From an uncultured Bacillota bacterium (GTDB taxonomy: Bacteria; Bacillota_I; Bacilli_A; RF39; UBA660), in NCBI GenBank assembly GCA_905212975.1, contig CAJMGO010000001.1:110650-174649 (forward strand): a stretch of DNA of 64,000 bases. The letters run 5' to 3'. Both the position numbers and the translations under genes were made by a program. This document shows positions 17,350-27,705 of the stretch, piece after piece; position 1 is the stretch's first letter; each line of letters opens with the position of its first letter. The notes beneath the pieces are model-generated. The model did no database searches and was not told the DNA's origin. It worked only from the letters and a program-made list of their open reading frames with translations.

Positions 17350-18171
17350 ATGACATTTGCTACAATAACTAGTTTTGTAACAAAACTTTTAGATGTAATG
17401 GTTGTTTGGTTTTTAATCTATTATATCTTTAAAAATGTAAGAAAAAATGTAAAGATGCTTCTTTTATTTAAGGGAATCTTAATATTGGTTGCGTTAAAAT
17501 TAATAAGTGATTGGTTAAATTTGGTTACTGTTGGATATATATTAGATTATGTTATTCAATGGGGACCTCTAGCTTTAATTGTAATTTTTCAACCTGAAAT
17601 TAGAAATGTTCTTGAATATTTAGGTAGAAGTCAATTATTAGGTAGACATAAAACTTTAACTGTTGATGAAAGAGAAAAAGTAGTTTATGAGATTGCAAAC
17701 GCGATGGATTATATGAAAAAAGCAAGAATTGGTGCTTTGATTGTAATTGAAAGGGATAATTCTTTAGGTGATTATATTGAAAAATCTAAAAAATTATATG
17801 CTGATATATCTAGTGAATTATTGATTTCAATATTTTTCCCAAACAATCCATTGCATGATGGTGGTGTTATAATTCAAGGTGATAAAATTACAAGTGCTGG
17901 AGCTGTTTTCCCAACAAGTGATAGTGTAAAAATAAGTAAGAGATTAGGTACTCGTCATAGAGCTGCACTTGGTATATCAGAAACTGGTGATTGTATTTCT
18001 TTGATTGTTTCAGAAGAAACTGGAAGACTTTCTATGGCAATAAATGGGGAATTATTATATAACATGACATTAGATGAGATTAAAATAAGATTATTAGAGG
18101 AATTAAGACCTAAAAAATCATTTATAATAGATGAGGAGGATGAAGATGAAGAAAATTCTAGTAGCAATTAA
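17350..18171 (+). CDS. cdaA: Diadenylate cyclase CdaA (DacA)
   Basis: Three N-terminal TM helices plus DisA_N motifs LHDGGVII and GTRHRAALGISE...SEETG. Confidence 0.9.
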   Translation: MTFATITSFVTKLLDVMVVWFLIYYIFKNVRKNVKMLLLFKGILILVALKLISDWLNLVTVGYILDYVIQWGPLALIVIFQPEIRNVLEYLGRSQLLGRHKTLTVDEREKVVYEIANAMDYMKKARIGALIVIERDNSLGDYIEKSKKLYADISSELLISIFFPNNPLHDGGVIIQGDKITSAGAVFPTSDSVKISKRLGTRHRAALGISETGDCISLIVSEETGRLSMAINGELLYNMTLDEIKIRLLEELRPKKSFIIDEEDEDEENSSSN

Positions 18172-19504
18172 AAACTTCTTCAAAAAAATTGTTAAAATTA
18201 TTGATAGAGCAATTGTAACTCCTATAACTCATTTAATTTATAAAATATCTTCTAAATTTGATAATTCAAGTAAAAAGATGGAAAATTTACTATCAAAAAC
18301 AAATACTCTATTATTTATTTCTTTAATTTTAGCGGTTGGAATATTTGTTGTTATTGATCAAAAAATATTAGTGTTTACTGATAATACAGCTGAAATTTTA
18401 AAGAATCAACCTGTTACCGCTATATATAATAAAGAAGCTTATGTTGTTGAGGGAATACCTGAGGTTGTTGATATAACATTAATTGGTAGTAAAACTGATT
18501 TATATATTGCTAAGCAATCTTCAAATCATAGTGTTACAGTTGATTTAAGTACATTAAAGCCTGGAACACATAAAGTTGGTTTAACTTACAGTCAAAGTAG
18601 TGGTAAAATAGAATCTGTAGTTAATCCTTCAAGTGTAACAGTTGTTATATATCAAAAAGTTTCTAAAACTATGTCATTATCTGTTGATGTTGTTAATAAA
18701 GATAAATTAAAGCAAACTCTTGTAATTGATAATGTTGATTATGATACTGATAAGGTTGTTATAAAAGGAGCTGAATATCAAGTTGAGAAGGTAGCAACAG
18801 TTAAGGCTTTAGTAGATGTTGCTTCATTAGTATCAACTGAAGTTGGTACTCAAACTTTGAAAGATGTTCCTTTGGTAGCTTATGATGCGAAAGGAAATGT
18901 TGTAGATGTTGAGATATTACCTGGAACTATTGATGTAGATGTTACCATATCATCTCCAAGTAAAGAGGTACCAATTAAAGTTATTCCTAAAGGTGAGGTA
19001 AGTTTTGGATTAGGTATTAATTCTATTGCATTAAGTAGTAATAATGTGGTGGTTTATGGAAGTAAAAGTGTACTTGATGAATTAACTTATATTCCTGTTG
19101 AGATTGATGTAAAAGGTTTAAAAGAAAATATGGAGTATAAAGTTGAATTAGAAAAGCCTGTTGGTGTTACTTCGCTTTCTATAAATAATGTTACTGTAAA
19201 TGTATCTCTTGATTCTTCTACAAGTAAAGATTTTTCAGATATAAGAATAGATACTAGAAATATTGCTTCTGGATATTCAGTTCAAGCAATGTCCGAAGAA
19301 GCTTCTAAGGTAACTGTTACTGCTAAAGGTGTTAAATCTGTACTTGATTCTATTAAATCCGAGGATATATCTGCATTTATTGATTTAGATGGATATACTG
19401 AGGGTGAATATGATGTTGAGGTTAAAGTTGAAGGAACTGATTTAAAAGCACAATATGCTTCAAAAACAAAAAAAGTAAGAATAAAAATTATAAAAAAGAA
19501 ATAA
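18146..19504 (+). CDS. cdaR: CdaA regulator CdaR (YbbR-repeat protein)
   Basis: It overlaps the cdaA end, with RBS GAGGAGG before ATG 18146. It has one TM helix and then repeated beta-rich YbbR-like modules (V..V.V.G). Confidence 0.8.
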   Translation: MKKILVAIKNFFKKIVKIIDRAIVTPITHLIYKISSKFDNSSKKMENLLSKTNTLLFISLILAVGIFVVIDQKILVFTDNTAEILKNQPVTAIYNKEAYVVEGIPEVVDITLIGSKTDLYIAKQSSNHSVTVDLSTLKPGTHKVGLTYSQSSGKIESVVNPSSVTVVIYQKVSKTMSLSVDVVNKDKLKQTLVIDNVDYDTDKVVIKGAEYQVEKVATVKALVDVASLVSTEVGTQTLKDVPLVAYDAKGNVVDVEILPGTIDVDVTISSPSKEVPIKVIPKGEVSFGLGINSIALSSNNVVVYGSKSVLDELTYIPVEIDVKGLKENMEYKVELEKPVGVTSLSINNVTVNVSLDSSTSKDFSDIRIDTRNIASGYSVQAMSEEASKVTVTAKGVKSVLDSIKSEDISAFIDLDGYTEGEYDVEVKVEGTDLKAQYASKTKKVRIKIIKKK

Positions 19505-19634
19505 CTTATTATTATTTCTTTTTTTTGTTTACATTTTTTTGTAAATTATTAATTTAAATATTAAAATAATTTTTTTAATATTGTAAATATTAATTAATGT
19601 TTGATATAATTAAGAAAATAGAAGAGGTGTTTAT

Positions 19635-20174
19635 ATGGAAGAAAAAGATATTGAAAGATTTAATATTTTAAATAATCAAGAAAATAATTTTAATAATATT
19701 TCATCGCAACAACAAAATATGGTAAATGGAGTACAGCAAACTAATACAGGTGTTAATCAAATATGGCCAGATGCACAATTTTATCAAACACCAAATCCTG
19801 CAGATTTATTAAAAAATGATATTGATGAAAGTAATTTAAATGATTTTTCAAATAACCAATCTGCATTTAGTAATAATACTTCCGAGCAACAAGTAATGCC
19901 TAATGTAGAGAATCACGATTTTATTGAACAACCTACACAAGTAACTACTGATAGTAATGTTCAGTCAATACAAAATAATTCTTCTCAAGTTGAACAAACA
20001 AATAATGAAAATATTACTGTTCAGCAGCCCATTCAAGAACAAAATGTAAAAGAATCAAAGAAAATAAATAATGGATATAAGGAAAAATCTAATAGTACAT
20101 TTATAATAATTATTTTTATTTTATTAGCGCTTGTTATAATTTTTTTACCTCAAATATCAAATCTTATAAAATAA
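19635..20174 (+). CDS. Gln/Asn-rich tail-anchored membrane protein, function unknown
   Basis: 179 aa. A low-complexity Q/N/S region is followed by a single C-terminal helix FIIIIFILLALVIIFL. Confidence 0.55.
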   Translation: MEEKDIERFNILNNQENNFNNISSQQQNMVNGVQQTNTGVNQIWPDAQFYQTPNPADLLKNDIDESNLNDFSNNQSAFSNNTSEQQVMPNVENHDFIEQPTQVTTDSNVQSIQNNSSQVEQTNNENITVQQPIQEQNVKESKKINNGYKEKSNSTFIIIIFILLALVIIFLPQISNLIK

Positions 20175-20190
20175 AAAGGCTTATGCCTTT

Positions 20191-20502
20191 TTATTTTTGA
20201 ACTGATAATTCAATTATTAAATCCATATTATCATCTTTTTCAATTATATTTTTATGTAATAAATTACATTTTTCACATTTATATATAATTTTAAATGTAT
20301 CTTTAAATTTTTCTATACCTATTGGTTTTAATAGACCTTTGCATTCATTTGATCTGTCTCCAGGATTAATATCTACATGTTTAGAATATAAACAATATGG
20401 ACAATGATCTCTTGCAGTGTATTTGGATTTTTTTACTTCTTTACCACATTTTTCACATATAAAATTTTCATTTCTCATTGTAAAGTTTTTCATATATTTC
20501 AC
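20191..20502 (-). CDS. RNHCP domain protein (zinc-ribbon-like)
   Basis: CEKCGK ... ARDHCPYCLYSKHVD ... CEKC. Confidence 0.7.
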   Translation of the reverse strand: MKYMKNFTMRNENFICEKCGKEVKKSKYTARDHCPYCLYSKHVDINPGDRSNECKGLLKPIGIEKFKDTFKIIYKCEKCNLLHKNIIEKDDNMDLIIELSVQK

Positions 20503-20596
20503 CTGTTTAAATTATAACATATTCTCTTATTTTTGTATAAAAAAAGTGTTAACTCATGTTATAATATATATATTGTAAGTTTTGGGAAGTGGTATA

Positions 20597-21319
20597 ATGG
20601 ATTATAAAATAATGATAGATGAATTTGAAGGTCCTATGGATTTATTACTTCATTTAATTAAAAAGGATAATATAGATATAATAGATATTAGTATTGAAAA
20701 AATTACGAAACAATATTTAGATTATATAGAAGAAATGGAAAATCTTAATTTAGATATAGCTAGTGAATATTTAATCATGGCTGCAGAACTGTTAGAAATT
20801 AAGTCATCCAAATTATTACCTAAACAGGAAAATGATGAAGTAGAAGAAGATTTAGAAGCTAATTTTATAAATAGATTAATTGAATATAAACAATATAAAG
20901 AAATAACTCAACAATTTAAAGAATTAGAAGAAAACAGGAAAGAAGTTTATACTAAAATACCTGATAGTTTAAATGAATATAAACAAAATTCTACTATTGA
21001 TTTAGGAGATACCACAATAGCTGATTTAATTTCAGCTATGAATAACTTTTTAAGTAGAAAAGAACTTGAAAAGCCTTTAAATACTAAAATAACTACAAAA
21101 GAATACAACATAGATGAAAGAAGTTATGAGATAAGAAAAATTCTAAAGAAAAATAAAAAAATGAATTTTAAAGAACTTTTTGATGTATATAGAAAAGATT
21201 ATATAGTTGTTACTTTTTTAGCTATTTTATCTATGGCAAAAAAACAAGAAATAGAAATAAAACAGGATAATAATTTTAATGATATTTATTTATCTTTAAA
21301 GGAGAATGGACATGAATAG
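20597..21319 (+). CDS. scpA: Segregation and condensation protein A
   Basis: FEGPMDLLLHLIKKDNIDIIDISI is the canonical ScpA N-terminus, and scpB follows immediately. Confidence 0.85.
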   Translation: MDYKIMIDEFEGPMDLLLHLIKKDNIDIIDISIEKITKQYLDYIEEMENLNLDIASEYLIMAAELLEIKSSKLLPKQENDEVEEDLEANFINRLIEYKQYKEITQQFKELEENRKEVYTKIPDSLNEYKQNSTIDLGDTTIADLISAMNNFLSRKELEKPLNTKITTKEYNIDERSYEIRKILKKNKKMNFKELFDVYRKDYIVVTFLAILSMAKKQEIEIKQDNNFNDIYLSLKENGHE

Positions 21320-21875
21320 AAAAGCATTACTTGAAGGGCTATTATTTGCAGTAGGTGAAGAAGGTCTTTCAATTGAGAGAATAGAAGAAATAATGGATAT
21401 TAGTTATGAAGAATTAAAGGAAGTAATTGCTTCTTTAAAAGAATCATATGATAGTGATGATAGAGGTATTAAATTAGATGTATTAGGTAATAGGTTAAAA
21501 TTAACAACAAAATCTATTCATAAAGAATATTATCAAAAATTATTAGAAGAGGAAGAAACAGGGGTACTTAGTCAGGCAGCACTAGAAACTTTGGCTATTA
21601 TAGCATATAATCAACCAATTACTAGAATAGATGTTGATGAAATTAGAGGAATATCTAGTTCTCATATGATAAGAAAATTAGTATCAAGGGATTTAATAAA
21701 AGAAGTAGGTAGAAGTGAAGGTGCGGGTAGACCAATATTGTATGGTGTAACTGATGAATTTTTGGATTATTTTGGACTTGCAAGTATTGATGATCTTCCT
21801 AAAATAGAAGAAAATAAAAGTGTAGAAGTAGAGGATACTGATTTATTTGAATCTAAATATAATGATGAAAAATAA
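21312..21875 (+). CDS. scpB: Segregation and condensation protein B
   Basis: LEGLLFAVGEEGL ..., LSQAALETLAIIAYNQPITR and GRPILYGVT. Confidence 0.9.
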   Translation: MNRKALLEGLLFAVGEEGLSIERIEEIMDISYEELKEVIASLKESYDSDDRGIKLDVLGNRLKLTTKSIHKEYYQKLLEEEETGVLSQAALETLAIIAYNQPITRIDVDEIRGISSSHMIRKLVSRDLIKEVGRSEGAGRPILYGVTDEFLDYFGLASIDDLPKIEENKSVEVEDTDLFESKYNDEK

Positions 21876-21967
21876 AATTTAGATTAAATTTTATTTTTTT
21901 AAATAAATTTTATAAAATGTTTACTTGAATATTTTAAATTGATATAATTAGCATAGGATGTGATTAT

Positions 21968-22531
21968 ATGAAAAATAAAAAAATTATTATTGGAATTTGT
22001 TTTGTAGTTTTATTACTTGCTGTTATATTAGTAATTTTTAATATAAATAATAATAATAAAATTAATACGAAAGATGATATTATTAAAATGATTAATAGTA
22101 TTAATAAAAAATTAGAAAATGAATTACCAAGTCTTGAAACAAAAAGTATTGATATTAATAATGTTGATGAGGTCAATGCATATACTGGTTTAGAATCAAA
22201 TAAAGATATTGAAGAATTAATTGTATCTGTTCCTATGATGACTTCACAAGCATATAGTGTTGCAGTTATAAAAGTTAAAGATTCTGCTAATGTTGAAAAA
22301 ATCAAACAAAATATATATGACAATATTAATATGAGTCGTTGGATATGTGTCAGTGCTGATAAATTGTATATTACTAATAGTGGAAATATTATATTTACTG
22401 TAATGTCTGATGAAGATACTGCTAAATCTGTTTATAATGAGTTTAAAAAGTATGTAGGTAATAAAATTGGAAAAGAATTAGAAAAAAGTGAAGAGAATAT
22501 TGAATTACCACCAGAAATGATTGTTGAATAA
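21968..22531 (+). CDS. Membrane-anchored protein, DUF4358-like
   Basis: An N-terminal TM helix, then MMTSQAYSVAVIKVKDSANVEKIKQNI, which resembles DUF4358 (recalled from memory). It lies upstream of the MBOAT/DHHW pair. Confidence 0.45.
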   Translation: MKNKKIIIGICFVVLLLAVILVIFNINNNNKINTKDDIIKMINSINKKLENELPSLETKSIDINNVDEVNAYTGLESNKDIEELIVSVPMMTSQAYSVAVIKVKDSANVEKIKQNIYDNINMSRWICVSADKLYITNSGNIIFTVMSDEDTAKSVYNEFKKYVGNKIGKELEKSEENIELPPEMIVE

Positions 22532-22567
22532 GCACCTTAAAAGGTGCCTTTTTAAAAGGAGGGTAAC

Positions 22568-23959
22568 ATGTTATTTACTAGTATAAGTTTTTTATATTAT
22601 TTTTTACCTTTAGTATTAATAATATATTTTATTGTACCAAGAAAGTATAAAAATTTAATTTTATTTATATTTTCATTGTTATTTTATTTCTATGGAGAAC
22701 CAAAATATATTTTTTTAATGCTACTTGAAATATTTGTAGCTTACATAGGGGCTATTTTAGTTGATAAATATAAAAGTAAGGATATATTTATATTTATAAT
22801 ATTTATTCATATTTTACTTTTAGTAATATTTAAATATACAGATTTTATAATAGAAATTTTTAATAATGTATTTAATTTTAATTTAAAGTTATTTAATATA
22901 TCATTACCTATTGGTATATCTTTTTATACGTTTCAAATTATTAGTTATATAGTTGATGTATATAAGGGAAAAGTTAAGGTTCAAAAAAACTTTTTAAAAC
23001 TCGCTACGTATATATCTTTGTTTCCACAATTGATTGCAGGTCCAATAGTAAGATATGAATCTATTGAAAAAGAACTTGATGATAGAAAAGAAACATTTGA
23101 AGATTTTTCTTATGGTGTTAGAAGATTTGTAATAGGTCTTTTTAAAAAAGTTTTGATTGCTAATATTTTAGGAGAATTAATAACTAAGTTTAATTTAATT
23201 GATGAAAGAAGTGTATTGCTATATTGGATATTTAGTATTTCGTATATGTTACAAGTATATTTTGATTTTTCTGCTTATTCAGATATGGCTATTGGTCTTG
23301 GAAGAATGTTTGGATTTCATTTTTTAGAAAATTTTAATTATCCATATATTTCAAAAAGTATAACAGAATTTTGGAGAAGATGGCATATATCACTTGGAAC
23401 TTGGTTTAGAGATTATGTTTATATTCCCTTAGGTGGTAATAAAGTTAATAAAATAAAATTTTTAAGAAATATAATTATAGTATGGTTACTTACAGGTATA
23501 TGGCATGGAGCTAGTTTAAATTTTTGTATATGGGGATTATTTTTTGGTATAATGCTTATAATTGAAAAGTTTAGCTTTAATAAATATTTAGAAAAAATAC
23601 CTAGTTTTATAAGAAGAATATATGTATTATTTATAGTAATGATTAGTTTTATAATATTTGGTTCTAGTAATATGAATGATGCATTTAATACAATCAAAGG
23701 TTTATTTGGTTTTAATAAAGAGGTATTTATAAATAACTATACAATTTATTATTTAAAAAATTATTTATTTGTTTTAATTTTGGCAATATTATTATCTACT
23801 CCACTTATAAAAAAATTAGTTTTAAAGTTAAAGAAAAATTGTTTTATTAAGAAATTATTCGATATATTGGAAATTGTATCTATACCTATTATTTTAGTAA
23901 TAGTGACTTCATATTTAATTGATAATTCATACAATCCTTTTTTGTATTTTAGATTTTAG
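22568..23959 (+). CDS. MBOAT family O-acyltransferase (AlgI/DltB-like)
   Basis: Polytopic membrane protein with the signature FWRRWHISLGTWFRDYVYIPLGGN. Confidence 0.85.
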   Translation: MLFTSISFLYYFLPLVLIIYFIVPRKYKNLILFIFSLLFYFYGEPKYIFLMLLEIFVAYIGAILVDKYKSKDIFIFIIFIHILLLVIFKYTDFIIEIFNNVFNFNLKLFNISLPIGISFYTFQIISYIVDVYKGKVKVQKNFLKLATYISLFPQLIAGPIVRYESIEKELDDRKETFEDFSYGVRRFVIGLFKKVLIANILGELITKFNLIDERSVLLYWIFSISYMLQVYFDFSAYSDMAIGLGRMFGFHFLENFNYPYISKSITEFWRRWHISLGTWFRDYVYIPLGGNKVNKIKFLRNIIIVWLLTGIWHGASLNFCIWGLFFGIMLIIEKFSFNKYLEKIPSFIRRIYVLFIVMISFIIFGSSNMNDAFNTIKGLFGFNKEVFINNYTIYYLKNYLFVLILAILLSTPLIKKLVLKLKKNCFIKKLFDILEIVSIPIILVIVTSYLIDNSYNPFLYFRF

Positions 23960-23968
23960 GAGGTCAAC

Positions 23969-25045
23969 ATGAATAATAAAATTAAAAATATAATTACTTC
24001 ATTACTTTTTTCTTTTATATTAATTGCTTTTTTTATAATCAATATAATTAAGAAAGATGATGATATATCAGTTTTGGAAAGAAGACATTTAGAAAAATTT
24101 CCAAAATTGACTATAAATTCTTTATTCAATGGAACATTTTTTGAAAAATTTGATATATATGCAAATGATCAATTTATTAATAGAGATAAATTTAGAAATA
24201 TAAAAGTTAATTTAGAATTAATTACTAAAAAAAATTATAATAATTTATATTTATATAATGGGTATATTATTGAACAAACATATCCTCTTAATGAAAAGTC
24301 AATAATTAATTTAACTAATAAAATTAATAGTATAAAAGATAATTATTTAATAAATAATAATGTTTATTATACTATAGTTCCTGATAAAAATTATTTTGTA
24401 AATAATAATAATTTAAAAATGGATTATAACAAATTAAAAAATATTATGAATAGTAATTTAATTGATTTTAAATATATAGATATATTTAATTTGCTAAGTT
24501 TAAATGATTATTATAAAACTGATTCTCATTGGAAAGAAGAAAACATAAAAGATGTAGCTTTATATATCGCAAATAATATGGGAACTGATTTAAATAGTAC
24601 TTATAAAGAAAAAACTATTACTGAATTTAAAGGAGTATATTTAAATCAATTGCCTATAAAAATGAATATGGATAGTATTAAAATTTTAAAGAATGAAATT
24701 ATAGATAATAGTATTGTATATAATTATGAGACAAAAAAATATTCTGAGGTCTATGATTTAGAAAAAATAAATTCTTTGGATAAATATGATATATATTTAT
24801 CGGGTGCTGCAGCTTTAATTGAAATTGTAAATAATTCTGCTCCTAAAAAAGAATTAATTGTATTTAGGGATTCATATGGTAGTAGTTTAATACCATTATT
24901 AATAGAGGGATATAGTAAGATAACTGTTATTGATACAAGATATATATCACCTAAATTATTAGCTGATTATGTTGATTTTAATAACAAAGATGTTTTGTTT
25001 TTATATAGTGTTATATCAATAAATAATAGTTATTCGTTTAGATAG
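23969..25045 (+). CDS. DHHW family protein (AlgX/AlgJ-like partner of MBOAT)
   Basis: An N-terminal anchor, YYKTDSHW (DHHW-type motif) and FRDSYGS. Confidence 0.7.
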   Translation: MNNKIKNIITSLLFSFILIAFFIINIIKKDDDISVLERRHLEKFPKLTINSLFNGTFFEKFDIYANDQFINRDKFRNIKVNLELITKKNYNNLYLYNGYIIEQTYPLNEKSIINLTNKINSIKDNYLINNNVYYTIVPDKNYFVNNNNLKMDYNKLKNIMNSNLIDFKYIDIFNLLSLNDYYKTDSHWKEENIKDVALYIANNMGTDLNSTYKEKTITEFKGVYLNQLPIKMNMDSIKILKNEIIDNSIVYNYETKKYSEVYDLEKINSLDKYDIYLSGAAALIEIVNNSAPKKELIVFRDSYGSSLIPLLIEGYSKITVIDTRYISPKLLADYVDFNNKDVLFLYSVISINNSYSFR

Positions 25046-25156
25046 GCTAGTTATAATTTTACTAGATTTTATAAATCTAAAATTAGATATATGATACAAT
25101 AATTTTTAAACGTGGTGTACAAAATACTAAAATATAGGAAAGAGTATTTTATTTTA

Positions 25157-25185
25157 TTGAAACCATGTTTTTTTTATGTTATAAT
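25157..25185 (+). promoter_or_regulatory. Sigma-A-type promoter of tRNA-Leu
   Basis: TTGAAA (25157-25162), 17-nt spacer, TATAAT (25180-25185). Confidence 0.6.
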
Positions 25186-25193
25186 TTAGTTAT

Positions 25194-25279
25194 GCCAGCC
25201 TGGCGGAATGGTAGACGCATCAGACTCAAAATCTGACGGTAGCAATACTGTGAGGGTTCAAGTCCCTTGGCTGGTACCA
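25194..25279 (+). tRNA. tRNA-Leu (anticodon CAA), type II with long variable arm, CCA encoded
   Basis: Acceptor stem GCCAGCC/GGCTGGT. Anticodon stem TCAGA/TCTGA with loop CTCAAAA. T-arm GAGGG-TTCAAGT-CCCTT. Discriminator A followed by CCA. Confidence 0.9.
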
Positions 25280-25337
25280 GATTGATAGTAAACTCGAAAC
25301 AATATTTCGAGATAGAGATAATAGATTAATTAACATC

Positions 25338-25365
25338 AAGGTATAGAAATATACCTTATTTTTAT
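25338..25365 (+). terminator. Rho-independent terminator downstream of tRNA-Leu
   Basis: Stem AAGGTATA / TATACCTT with loop GAAA, followed by a T-rich run. Confidence 0.6.
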
Positions 25366-25426
25366 TTAAAAAATTAATAAATAAATTTATTTGATATGAT
25401 ATAATAAAAACAATTGAGGTGTATGT

Positions 25427-26635
25427 ATGAAGAAAAAGATATTTATAGTTGTATGTATAATATTACTTATTATATGTGGTGTATTTTTATGTAATTTCAT
25501 ACATGAAAAAAGTCTTGAAAATACTATTGATAATACTAAGTTTCAGATAAAAAATAATAAAGATATTGAGGTATACAGTGATGTAAAAGTTCCAAGTTTT
25601 ATTTATGATTTAAAGGGTACTTTAATAGAAGATTTTAGTATTGATACAAAAGAATTGGGGAAAAAAGAAATAATATTTTCTTATAATAATGAGGATGGTC
25701 ATAAGAGAAGAGGAAGTTTTTATATTAATGTAGTTGATACTACTAATCCAGTTATTTTATTAAGTGATTCTTATTCTGTTACTGTAGGATATAATAAAAA
25801 CTTAACTGATGTTATTATGTCTTTTGATAATTACGATAGTAAGCCTAATCGTGAAATTATAGGTGAATATGATTTAAATAAACCGGGTATTTATAATCTA
25901 GAATATAAAATTACTGATAGTAGTGGTAATGTAACTAGTAAACAATTTAAATTAAATGTTTTAAAAAAGAGTAAAAGTGATACATCAGTAAAAAAAACAT
26001 ATACATATTTTAAAGATGTAGTTTCTAATTATAAAAATAATGATACTAGTATAGGAATTGATGTTTCTAAATGGCAAGGTAATATTGATTTTAATAAATT
26101 GAAGGAAAATGGTGTAGAGTTTGTTATAATAAGAATTGGAACTCAAAATGGATTTGATGGAGAAATATTAGAAGATGTTTATTTTAAAAATAATATAGAA
26201 AAGGCAAAGAAAGCTGGATTTGATGTAGGATTATATTTTTATTCTTATGCTAAAACAAAAGAAGAAGTATTAGAGCAGGCTAAGTGGATTATTGATAAGT
26301 TAGATGGTATGAAATTAGAACTTCCTATTGCGTATGATTGGGAAAGTTGGAATAGTTTTAATACAACTAATTTAAGTTTATATGAATTTAATGAATTAGC
26401 TTATACTTTTATGAATTATATAGAAAAAAATGGGTATAAATCTATGTTATACGGAAGTAAGTATTATTTAATTAATGTTTTTTCTACTGATAAGACTGTA
26501 TGGCTTGCTCATTATACAAATAAAACTGATTATGATGGTAAATATTATATTTGGCAGATGTGTAATGATGGGAAAGTATCTGGTATTAATGGTTATGTAG
26601 ATATTGATATTTTATATAAAAACGAGAAAGATTAA
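25427..26635 (+). CDS. Membrane-anchored GH25 muramidase with an Ig-like domain
   Basis: A TM anchor, an Ig-like segment (DTTNPVILL...YKITDSSGN) and a GH25 core IGIDVSKWQGNIDFNKLKENGVEFVIIRIG. Confidence 0.8.
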   Translation: MKKKIFIVVCIILLIICGVFLCNFIHEKSLENTIDNTKFQIKNNKDIEVYSDVKVPSFIYDLKGTLIEDFSIDTKELGKKEIIFSYNNEDGHKRRGSFYINVVDTTNPVILLSDSYSVTVGYNKNLTDVIMSFDNYDSKPNREIIGEYDLNKPGIYNLEYKITDSSGNVTSKQFKLNVLKKSKSDTSVKKTYTYFKDVVSNYKNNDTSIGIDVSKWQGNIDFNKLKENGVEFVIIRIGTQNGFDGEILEDVYFKNNIEKAKKAGFDVGLYFYSYAKTKEEVLEQAKWIIDKLDGMKLELPIAYDWESWNSFNTTNLSLYEFNELAYTFMNYIEKNGYKSMLYGSKYYLINVFSTDKTVWLAHYTNKTDYDGKYYIWQMCNDGKVSGINGYVDIDILYKNEKD

Positions 26636-27573
26636 TCTTTCTCGTTTAATTTATATCCTTGATATGTTCCTCTTCTTTTAAATTCTTTATCTATTTCATT
26701 TAAAACACCAAACTTTTTTATTAACCATGTTGGTTCTATTAAATCATCTATTTTAGGATCAGCTGTAATTCTGTTTATTACAATACTACTTCTTAAGTTC
26801 TCTAATTGATCACATACTATATTGACATATTCTTCTTTAGTTAATATATGGAATGGTTTATTTTTATATAAATGTTCAAGTGCTGTATCTTTTAAAATCG
26901 ATAGCATATGTATTTTTATTCCTTGAATATCTAATTTATTTAAATATTTAATAGTATCTATCATCATTTCTTTTGTTTCAAATGGAAGTCCATTTATTAT
27001 ATGAACTACAACATTAATATTTCTTTTTCTAAGGTCATTAACGCAATCTTCAAAACATTTTAATGTATGGCATCTATTTATTAGTTTAGATGTTTTATCA
27101 TGTATTGTTTGTAAGCCTAATTCTATTGTAAGGTATGTTTTTTTATTTAATTCTTCTAAATAATCCATACAATCTTTTGATATAGAATCTGGACGTGTTG
27201 CTATGGATAATCCAACTACATTATCTTGATTTAGGATCAATTCATATTTTTCTTTTAATATTTCAAGTGGAGCGTATGTATTTGTATTAGCTTGAAAATA
27301 TCCTATATATTTACTATTTGGCCATTTTCTTCCTACTATTTCTTTTATTTCATTAAATTGTGTTACAAGATCTTTTGTTTTATCTCCTGCATATTCGCCA
27401 CTACCTAATTTTGAACAATAAATGCATCCACCATATCCTTTTGTACCATCTATATTTGGACATGTAAAACCTGCATTTAAACTTACTTTAAATACTTTAC
27501 TGTTAAATTTATTTTTATAAAAATAATCTAGGGTATGATATTGTTTGTTACTATTTGTATATTTAAAGCCCAT
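26632..27573 (-). CDS. TIGR01212-family radical SAM protein
   Basis: CPNIDGTKGYGGCIYC cluster region with GYFQANTNTY, typical of the YtqA/TIGR01212 family. Confidence 0.8.
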   Translation of the reverse strand: MGFKYTNSNKQYHTLDYFYKNKFNSKVFKVSLNAGFTCPNIDGTKGYGGCIYCSKLGSGEYAGDKTKDLVTQFNEIKEIVGRKWPNSKYIGYFQANTNTYAPLEILKEKYELILNQDNVVGLSIATRPDSISKDCMDYLEELNKKTYLTIELGLQTIHDKTSKLINRCHTLKCFEDCVNDLRKRNINVVVHIINGLPFETKEMMIDTIKYLNKLDIQGIKIHMLSILKDTALEHLYKNKPFHILTKEEYVNIVCDQLENLRSSIVINRITADPKIDDLIEPTWLIKKFGVLNEIDKEFKRRGTYQGYKLNEKD

Positions 27574-27705
27574 AAAATCACCTTAAATATATATTATATT
27601 ATAAATTTTATTAATTGTGAAAAAAATATGAAAAAAACATTAATTAATTTAAAATATGTGTAAATTAATCATATAATTTGGTATAATTAATAAGGAGGGT
27701 ATGAT

